NCBI GenBank assembly: GCA_963699255.1
Contig: OY969425.1
Span: 990,001 to 1,022,000 of the forward strand
DNA length: 32,000 nucleotides
Origin: an uncultured bacterium
GTDB lineage: Bacteria > Margulisbacteria > WOR-1 > CAVSGV01
Direction of reading: 5' to 3'
Both the position numbers and the translations under genes were made by a program. Within the stretch, counting starts at the first letter, position 1. Every line of letters begins with the position of its first letter. Of this stretch, positions 24,762 to 32,000 are shown one piece after another. The notes beneath the pieces were generated by a model. It did not search any database. It saw nothing but the letters and a program-made list of their open reading frames with translations, and was not told where the DNA came from.

Positions 24762-27700
24762 CTAAGGTATCACCCTGTAAACTTTTTTCGGGATCGTTTC
24801 ATCTTGAACGGCTGTATAAACAGGGAGGTTGGCGGCGACATTCTTGCCGATGACCTCATCAAACTCTTTTTGCATCATCTTTCCGGCAATATCAGCGTCA
24901 ATTTGGGTGATAGCATTTTTTCCGTCTGTGCCCAGCATCTTGTTTATCGCGAGGGACATCACCTCAACGAACTTTGATTCCGGCAACTTATCAAGCTGAT
25001 AAGTGGGCATGCTCGTTAAAAGGTTCGCCCTTTTCTGAACGACGATCCCGTATTTACCCATTGCCTGCTGTAAAACCCCCGCCTTGTCCAGAAGATCCGT
25101 GACCTGCCTATATAATGCCTTGCACTGACGCAAATATTTAAGGTCTATGGTCATTGAATTGCTTGCGATATCGTTCAATTTAATGACGCTTACCGTGTAG
25201 TCGGACAACAGCAATCTGGCCAGTTCGGGGCTGAAATATATGCTTTTGCTGAACCCCTCGTTTCCTACCGCCTGGCAATCAATGTAATTCGGCTTGAACA
25301 CGCCTTGCGCGACCTTGTCATTGATATAATCGTGAAGCGCCGCCTTGATCATTATTCTCGTCTTATATTCTTCCGTGTAATCAGCATATATCACGGCATA
25401 ATTCTCTCCTGATTTCGAGATATAATTGATCTTGTTCCCAACTTTCTTCAAATAACCCAGTTCAAGAAGGACGCCAGCTATGTCCTGCTGAAGATTCGGC
25501 GAATTCTTGAACTCCTGGCTCTCTATGCCGAATCCCATCGGCAGTTCTTTTAACGCCTCTTTTGTATTCGCGATATCTGAAAGGTTTTTCTTTGTGCCCC
25601 AGTTCTCTTGCGGACCCAGATCCTGAGACAGCAAAAGAAGGCTGACTGTGGCTCCAAGGGTCTTTAAGGCGCCGTTAAAGAGCACCGCCGATACCACTCT
25701 CCATTCAAGCGCCGTCCCGACGGCTCCAACAATTCCCTGTACAACGGGGCTTTTGAACTTGCCTGCGATTATTTCTGCGGGATTATATTCTCTGTCGATC
25801 TCTGAGGCCATAAGGCCCATTTGAACGACCGGGTTATCCACTACCGCTGTGAATTTTTCGCTTAGCCACTTGCCGCCATCTTCACCTTTCTGTTGGAGTA
25901 TTAAGCCAAGGCCTAAAGCAAATCCGTCCTTTATATATTCCAGGTATCCGGGTACGTGTATTTTTGACGCGATATACATGGGCGTCGTAAACCCTGCTAT
26001 ACCGCCGACGCCTTTAACCACATCTTCCGGTGTCTTCCAGGTGCGGAAATTTTGATAAACGTAAGTGAAGTTAGAGCCTTTTCCCGAAGAAAGTCCTCCT
26101 GCCGCTTCAACAAGCTTTGTTGTTCCGTAGAATAACGTCAACCCTGCAAAGCCACCGGCGGCATCCTTCAGTATGATCATTCCGTCTACTTTCTCACCTT
26201 TTGCCAACTTGGCCAACTCGTTCACCATTGTCCCGACTACAACGAACATCGCTGCCGCGGCTCCGAAAGTCTTAATTTCTGTTATTGCTTTATCCCCTAA
26301 AGTCGTTACATCATTCCATTTTCCGTTTTCTATGTCAGGAGTGTATTTCCAGACCCTGTTGTTCTCTGTTTTCTTGTAGTACACTCCGTCCTTTTCAAAT
26401 AAGGTCACTTTCCCCAGCGGATTGCCCTTTGAATCGAATTCATGCAGCAAGCCGTCTTCTCCCATCCTTATATTTCTTGGCGCTTTGCTATCCTTAATGA
26501 TATCAACTTTCACGCCGTTGGTTCCTTCGACCATCTTCGCCACTCTGCCGTCCGTTGTAACGACGCAAAAGGCGGGTTTACCGGTTACGCCTTTTACGTT
26601 CGGGGCTTTACCAATCCCGTTCATTTCGATCTGCTTTGCCATAAGATGGATATTTTCTTCATTCAATAATGTTATTTCCGAGGGATTCAGCTGCGTGTTG
26701 CCTTCGAACGAGAGATTTATCTCCGTGTTCCCGCGGAGATGCGTTTCCGCAGTCTCATGAAGCATGGCTTTTATCAGTTTTGAGTTGCCAAAGCCTCTAT
26801 AGAACACCCTTATCAGCCTGTCAAGGCAGCTCTTTTGAAAGACCGTTTCTTTAAGGTATATGGTGCATTTGCCATTTTCGTCGATCCTATATACAGCATC
26901 TCCCGGCGTATCGCCCCAACCCTCCTTAGAAACTTTCTTAAATTTAATCGATTCGCCGTCCCTGATCTTTTCTTCCATGCCTTTAAAGAGAAGATTTTTG
27001 CTTTTTAGTGTTTCAATGACCTCGTCTATCTTCGCCTGTTCATAGCTGTTAACATCGGTACTGTTCGATTTGTTTATAATGGCGTCGATCTCATCTTTGG
27101 TCACTTCCGCTCCCGCCTGCGAGCCGCCCACATTATTGATCCTTTGCTCGGGGAGCCGGATCTTCTGTCCAACTTTGATCTTGGTGGAGTCTTTGATCTC
27201 AGGGTTAAGTTCAAGCAGTTTTTTTACCGTTGTTCCATACTTTCTGGCAATGGACCACATCCTGTCCCCATCTACAACTGTATAGATATTATCTGCGACT
27301 GCTGGCCCCAAATTCGCGTGAACATTATCCTTTTGCTTTATATCAGCTTCCTTTTTATTAACGTCATCGGAATTTGTGTCGGCTTTTTTCTCCTGCTTTA
27401 TTCCGGTCGTCTTCTTTTCAGAGTCCCCCGGCTTTGTACTCAACTTGCTCTTCGTTTCTTCTTTTGATTTTTCCGTGGACGCGGTTTTTTGCTCCGGATT
27501 AATTTCCGTCTTTTTATTAATAGGTTTGTCCTTTTCAACTTTTTTCTCGTTCGGATTAGGATCGTTCTTTGTTCCCGTTCCTGTTGGTTCATTCTTCTGT
27601 GCCGGCTCCGGGGTCTTTCTCCCGAAGACTTTTTTGACAGTTTTCCCGCTCCAGGACAACCCGCGGCCGATCAAAGCATTGTATCTGCCTTTCCTGATCC

Positions 27701-30137
27701 GTGGCATTATTTCGCTGAGCTTTATGCCTTCGATCAGCAATATTTTATCCGCCGCGGACTGCTGCACGAACCGTCTCACATCGGGGATCTGCTGGCCGAT
27801 GATGTTCTCGCATATGGATTCGTAGATCATGTTGCAGGCCTCAGGATCGCCGTTAGCTGATTCGAATTGATCTGGGTAATATTGCTTGATCTCCTCGATA
27901 GGATAAAGATCCTTGCTGTGCTCATAGATGGAACGCATTGTTTTGTTATATACTTTTTCTTGTATGGAATTCCTCCACTTCCTGTGGGGCTGCATAACAT
28001 CATAATTGAAAGCTCTTGCCGGATTATCCAGTTTGAACTGTAAGATTTGAACTCTGACAAGATTTAAAAAATCCTCGCCTGTCATCCTCAGTACCGGGAC
28101 ACCCTCATCGTTCGTCATGGTTATGAGCTTGTTCCTCTTGCTGTATTTGCAATAATCAGCGGCAAGGTCCAGGTTCTGAAGGAATTCCCGTTCCTTCATG
28201 ACTGCTACGGATTTGCGATCGACCTCATTCGCTTTGTTCAGGATCCCTTCAAGCTCGGCGGTCTTCATCCCTTTCTTGACTTTTTCGCCGCTCGCCCGCA
28301 GACTTTCGACAAGCGCCTTTTTTTCCTGCGGGGTGACATTTTTTGCCAGCCAGTCGGAAACCGCCCCTCCCATCGCGTCCTTGACCGCCCCTTTATACTT
28401 GGGATCCAGGGCGATCTTTATGATATCGCTGCTTGTGAGAATGACGGATTTGGCGGCTTTTGCCCGGGACCGATTAAAAAGTTCATATATCGCTTTTATC
28501 TCATTTTTCGCTGCCCGGGAAAGTTTCTGTTGCGTTGAAGAAAAGATCCCCAAAAGTTCGATCCTTTCAAGTTCGCTCATTTCCCCTTTAATCGCGAGGG
28601 TCTTGGTCGCGTCATCGTACCTGTATGTATCCGCGTGTGAGGCGATAAATTTATCCAGCATGTCATTTTTGGTGACCTTTACAGCGGCTTCTCCGTTCTT
28701 TTGTACAAGATTGATCTGGAATTCCTTGTCAAACTTCTTGTCGGCAAGGGCGGTCTTTATCATGCCTTCGAAAGCATCGTCCCCATCTTCGATACTGGGG
28801 GCTTCGGAAATGATCTCGCTGTCCATTTTATTGAAATCATCCAGGAATTCCTTTTGAGCGGAGGTCAAACCGCGCAATCCGCGCAATACCCTGGAGATAT
28901 TCTTTATCAGATCGTAGGGGTGAATAGAATAATCCACTGCCTGATTAAGCTTGTTCAATCCCCAGGAAGTCCCGTTTATCGCTTTGTCCAGGCCTGTAGA
29001 AGCTGATCTCTCGGCGGGATCCGCGACAAGGCGGCTGGCTGGTATCTCCTGCCATTCGATATCGAATCCCTCGAACGATTTACGGGACTGGGTTATTCTT
29101 CGGGCTCCCCGGTCGTAATAGCTTTTAGCCAATTGATAAAGCCCCATGGTCGCAATGTAAGCAAAGTACAGGTCAATGCCCCCGGCAGTGACATTTTTCC
29201 TTTTCAAGTTCTCATAGGCATCCTTCAGCAAGGCATATGGATTTAAGCGGAAGGCCTCCAGGCTGACCCTGTTATTTACAAGTGACCTTAATAATTCCAG
29301 CCCGTCGGATAAAGCGCTGCCATCCCCATGTATGGCGGCTATTATCAGCTGCGGCAGTTGAGCCACTAATGCGGTCTGGGTCTGGATGCTGATCATCGGG
29401 GTCATGGCAAAATTAAGAGAAAGATACTGATCGATCATATCTTCAGCTTGGTCCAGGCTCGTCCATCCAAATCCGCGCGGTAGATCTCCCGATTTGTCCT
29501 CATTGATCGTAAAGGAGGTCGGTTCCCGTAAATCCTGATGCAGCAACTCGATGTCGCCCGAACTTTGCCCCGAAAGTTTGTTCAAGACCGCCCCGATATT
29601 GAAAGGAGCTTCCGACACTCTGGACAGGTCCTGGTCCATGGGGACAAAATAGCGGGAGAAGAATTTGAGGGCTTCCGCGGTCGTATTATCCAGACCGGAA
29701 AAAAGGTTCATATATGTAAGGTCGTATTCCTCGGATCCATCCATTTCTTTCGCTCCATAATTAAGGTCGGCCGCATATCCCATCAGCTCGCCGAATTTGT
29801 CCTGGGTCTTGAATTCGTACCCTGAAGACTCAAAGGACTCGATCAACTCCTTTTGCTTATTCGGGGCATTCTTATATTTTCCCAGGAATGTACTAAGGAG
29901 AAAACCCGCGCGGTCCACGATCTTTTTATTCACCTTTTCGTTGTTCAGGCTTATTCCTTTGCCCCATTTCATATAATCGCTTTCGATGAGGTATCCTTTT
30001 AAGACCAGGGCATAAGGATAGGTGGTGCTGCCATTGACCATCATGTTCACTGTTTTTTCGGCCGCGTTCAGGTTCTTCTTGACCCGACCGTTGCAGCTTT
30101 CTTCCCCCGGGTCCCACTGCAGGATGGCGGTTTGCAA
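24762..30137 (-). CDS. Downstream segment of a very large uncharacterised protein with a LysM domain
   Basis: 1791-aa open frame; LysM YTVVDGDRMWSIARKYGTTVKKLLELNPEIKDSTKIKVGQKIRLP; Lys/Glu/Thr-rich linker; hydrophobic segments. Its apparent TTG start at 30137 probably continues the preceding ORF after a -1 shift. Confidence 0.85.
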   Translation of the reverse strand: MQTAILQWDPGEESCNGRVKKNLNAAEKTVNMMVNGSTTYPYALVLKGYLIESDYMKWGKGISLNNEKVNKKIVDRAGFLLSTFLGKYKNAPNKQKELIESFESSGYEFKTQDKFGELMGYAADLNYGAKEMDGSEEYDLTYMNLFSGLDNTTAEALKFFSRYFVPMDQDLSRVSEAPFNIGAVLNKLSGQSSGDIELLHQDLREPTSFTINEDKSGDLPRGFGWTSLDQAEDMIDQYLSLNFAMTPMISIQTQTALVAQLPQLIIAAIHGDGSALSDGLELLRSLVNNRVSLEAFRLNPYALLKDAYENLKRKNVTAGGIDLYFAYIATMGLYQLAKSYYDRGARRITQSRKSFEGFDIEWQEIPASRLVADPAERSASTGLDKAINGTSWGLNKLNQAVDYSIHPYDLIKNISRVLRGLRGLTSAQKEFLDDFNKMDSEIISEAPSIEDGDDAFEGMIKTALADKKFDKEFQINLVQKNGEAAVKVTKNDMLDKFIASHADTYRYDDATKTLAIKGEMSELERIELLGIFSSTQQKLSRAAKNEIKAIYELFNRSRAKAAKSVILTSSDIIKIALDPKYKGAVKDAMGGAVSDWLAKNVTPQEKKALVESLRASGEKVKKGMKTAELEGILNKANEVDRKSVAVMKEREFLQNLDLAADYCKYSKRNKLITMTNDEGVPVLRMTGEDFLNLVRVQILQFKLDNPARAFNYDVMQPHRKWRNSIQEKVYNKTMRSIYEHSKDLYPIEEIKQYYPDQFESANGDPEACNMIYESICENIIGQQIPDVRRFVQQSAADKILLIEGIKLSEIMPRIRKGRYNALIGRGLSWSGKTVKKVFGRKTPEPAQKNEPTGTGTKNDPNPNEKKVEKDKPINKKTEINPEQKTASTEKSKEETKSKLSTKPGDSEKKTTGIKQEKKADTNSDDVNKKEADIKQKDNVHANLGPAVADNIYTVVDGDRMWSIARKYGTTVKKLLELNPEIKDSTKIKVGQKIRLPEQRINNVGGSQAGAEVTKDEIDAIINKSNSTDVNSYEQAKIDEVIETLKSKNLLFKGMEEKIRDGESIKFKKVSKEGWGDTPGDAVYRIDENGKCTIYLKETVFQKSCLDRLIRVFYRGFGNSKLIKAMLHETAETHLRGNTEINLSFEGNTQLNPSEITLLNEENIHLMAKQIEMNGIGKAPNVKGVTGKPAFCVVTTDGRVAKMVEGTNGVKVDIIKDSKAPRNIRMGEDGLLHEFDSKGNPLGKVTLFEKDGVYYKKTENNRVWKYTPDIENGKWNDVTTLGDKAITEIKTFGAAAAMFVVVGTMVNELAKLAKGEKVDGMIILKDAAGGFAGLTLFYGTTKLVEAAGGLSSGKGSNFTYVYQNFRTWKTPEDVVKGVGGIAGFTTPMYIASKIHVPGYLEYIKDGFALGLGLILQQKGEDGGKWLSEKFTAVVDNPVVQMGLMASEIDREYNPAEIIAGKFKSPVVQGIVGAVGTALEWRVVSAVLFNGALKTLGATVSLLLLSQDLGPQENWGTKKNLSDIANTKEALKELPMGFGIESQEFKNSPNLQQDIAGVLLELGYLKKVGNKINYISKSGENYAVIYADYTEEYKTRIMIKAALHDYINDKVAQGVFKPNYIDCQAVGNEGFSKSIYFSPELARLLLSDYTVSVIKLNDIASNSMTIDLKYLRQCKALYRQVTDLLDKAGVLQQAMGKYGIVVQKRANLLTSMPTYQLDKLPESKFVEVMSLAINKMLGTDGKNAITQIDADIAGKMMQKEFDEVIGKNVAANLPVYTAVQDETIPKKVYRVIP

Positions 30138-31990
30138 ATTCTTTTCCCCAGCGTTATGGGGTTCTTTATGGTCTTGTATTCATTTCCCACCTGGATCTTG
30201 AGATCTTTAAGGCGCTGATCATCATTGACGTTAAAATACAGGCTGTTAAAGACTATCCCTTTATCTTTCATCTTCTGCGCAAGGCTGTTCAGGAATTCCT
30301 TCGGATTATCAAGCGCCCACTGCTCGTTCTTTTGGTCCGCCTTTTCAGATTTGGTCCCTATCATGGCGTTCACGGCGGCGGGCGTCAGGTATCCTTCATA
30401 GTTTTTGACGAATGCCTGTATAAAATCCCAGCCTATGCTGATGGAGCTTTCGCCCTGAAAGTAATCTTTATCCTTTGCGTGGCACGGCTTATCATCATTT
30501 TCAGCGAAGAACGTTCCATTTTTTTTCGCTTCGACTTCTTTCTTGAACAGGATCTCCTTTAATCCTATCACCCTGGTATTATCCACAGCTTCCAGGGCTT
30601 TTCGGTTGGCGGGCGTCGGCATTGTTAAAAGGGAATAATGGATAGGGTCCCACAAAAAGTCATATACGAGCTTCTGCCATATGCTCTTACTGCCCTTTTG
30701 ACCGCCTTCCTTTGCCGCTTTCCTTTGGGCCTCCTGATCAGCGATGTACTCTCTTTCTTGTTTGGGCTCCGCCTCCTGGGTGACGCGTGAGATAACGTTA
30801 TATAGCCGCCTTAAGATAATTAGGACCTGGTTGGCTTCCTCCGTGGCCTCCACATCTTCGGTCTCCCCGTTCTTTAAAATGACCGATTCATTCGCATTTT
30901 TGATCATGTCCTCATCAATGTAAAATCTTCCATCCTGCACATAATCCGCCACCCTGTTTATGGCACGAATTTGGTTCGGGTCAAGCTGCTGCTTATAAGG
31001 GCTGTTACTGGCGAGCTTATCCTGCCAGTTGGCCAACGCTCTTAAATAGGCCGGAGATAGATAATCTGTCCCTTCTATCGTCAAAGTTTTGCCTTTCATA
31101 TGTATAGGATTAGGCGCGTAGCCCTGATCAGCAAGATAGAGCATTATGCTGAGTATCGGCAGTTCTTCGACAACTTCATGGTGATCCTTATCGGGATTCA
31201 ATGATATTGTATTTATATTGTCCCCTGATATTATCTTCCATGTCTTTTTGACAACTTTTTTGACAATAGGTTCCCTGACGATCTTATATCCCGGCGCCGC
31301 CTTGTCCTGCTCATTTTTATTTTCCGATATGTGGGACATGTTCGCATTTTCGGAAAGCAGTGACTGGGCCATGGTCCCGTCTATCACAAGATATTCCTTT
31401 TCCTGTTGATCCTTTATGAGCGGGACATCCTTCAGGGACGCGTAATTTTTTGTCATTACCCCCAGAATTTGATCGGCAGCCGATAAAAGGCTGTTTTGAT
31501 CCAGCTTTTCAGCTGAAGAAAGGCCCAATTCATCTATCAGTTGCTGGGCAATGAACCCCCCGAGTTCCGAGATCTTCGCGATCTTCTTCTTCTTTTCCTC
31601 CAGATCCATCTGATTATTTTTGATTATCTGCAAATTGCATCCAATATTGAATTTGATGTTCAATTCCTGTGCGTTCAAATTCATGATCTGACCGTTCACC
31701 TGCTTGTTGATGAAAGCCTCATATTGCTTAAGGTAAGCTTGCATGGCTTTCTCGTCTATCGTTCCCCCATCTTTCTTGGCGGACGCCCGCAACTCTTTTT
31801 CCTTTGCGTCCTTTTGCTTTTCCGCGGCATCTTTTTGCTTCTTTATTTCATTTTTTATGTTGGCACTCTGTGTTTGAATGTTCGCCAGATATTCATCGTT
31901 CTCTTTGCGTGTGCGGTCCAGCTGCCCAAGGACTTCGTCAAGGTTTTCTTGAGATATTTTCTTTATTTCCGCGACTATAGATCCCTGCAT
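30068..31990 (-). CDS. Upstream segment of the same very large gene (helical/coiled-coil-rich); may extend past the window edge
   Basis: 640-aa open frame. The C-terminal residues after about 30150 (KRICKPPSCSGTRGKKAATVGSRRT) look out of frame, while the -1 frame continues as protein-like sequence. Confidence 0.7.
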   Translation of the reverse strand: MQGSIVAEIKKISQENLDEVLGQLDRTRKENDEYLANIQTQSANIKNEIKKQKDAAEKQKDAKEKELRASAKKDGGTIDEKAMQAYLKQYEAFINKQVNGQIMNLNAQELNIKFNIGCNLQIIKNNQMDLEEKKKKIAKISELGGFIAQQLIDELGLSSAEKLDQNSLLSAADQILGVMTKNYASLKDVPLIKDQQEKEYLVIDGTMAQSLLSENANMSHISENKNEQDKAAPGYKIVREPIVKKVVKKTWKIISGDNINTISLNPDKDHHEVVEELPILSIMLYLADQGYAPNPIHMKGKTLTIEGTDYLSPAYLRALANWQDKLASNSPYKQQLDPNQIRAINRVADYVQDGRFYIDEDMIKNANESVILKNGETEDVEATEEANQVLIILRRLYNVISRVTQEAEPKQEREYIADQEAQRKAAKEGGQKGSKSIWQKLVYDFLWDPIHYSLLTMPTPANRKALEAVDNTRVIGLKEILFKKEVEAKKNGTFFAENDDKPCHAKDKDYFQGESSISIGWDFIQAFVKNYEGYLTPAAVNAMIGTKSEKADQKNEQWALDNPKEFLNSLAQKMKDKGIVFNSLYFNVNDDQRLKDLKIQVGNEYKTIKNPITLGKRICKPPSCSGTRGKKAATVGSRRT

Positions 31991-32000
31991 ATATTTAATG

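Noticed and set aside
27300-27650. Possible tandem repeat in the large LysM gene
   Set aside because: Low-complexity Lys/Glu/Thr/Pro linker coding sequence without a fixed repeat unit.
1-32000. CRISPR array or obvious defence system
   Set aside because: No regularly spaced direct repeats and no cas-like or known defence genes. DUF559 is the only nuclease-like ORF and has no recognised partner.

Overview
The window is the chromosome of an uncultivated bacterium. No rRNA, tRNA or CRISPR was seen. From left to right it holds: a type IV pilus/type II secretion block (prepilin; PilM-PilN fusion; PilO-PilP-like fusion; TPR-secretin PilQ/GspD); a complete five-gene oligopeptide/dipeptide ABC transporter operon on the minus strand; a four-helix-bundle (23S rRNA intervening-sequence family) gene; a GspG-type pilin; a degraded second four-helix-bundle gene; a PilC/GspF protein; tatD and metG; a proteasome-superfamily (Ntn) protein; a DUF559 endonuclease-like ORF; a secreted protein of unknown function; pepA, lemA, a TPM-domain gene and ndk; argH-argG-argF; and a very large LysM-containing gene split by an apparent -1 frameshift. 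The strongest unexplained signals are in short repeats. (1) A modular family of composite palindromes occurs four times (about 2.26, 3.2, 17.15 and 18.8 kb). One palindrome (CCCCAAC..GTTGGGG) sits in the apex of two different host palindromes. Two copies are read in frame as N-terminal or signal-peptide sequence. (2) Recurrent low-complexity word arrays in inverted orientation occur at six loci. Some are empty and MITE-like; others bracket small accessory genes (four-helix-bundle, DUF559, Ntn). (3) A compact pseudoknot-capable candidate RNA ending in a T-run lies at about 24.62-24.70 kb. Several ORF-track starts are extended by translated repeats and should be moved.
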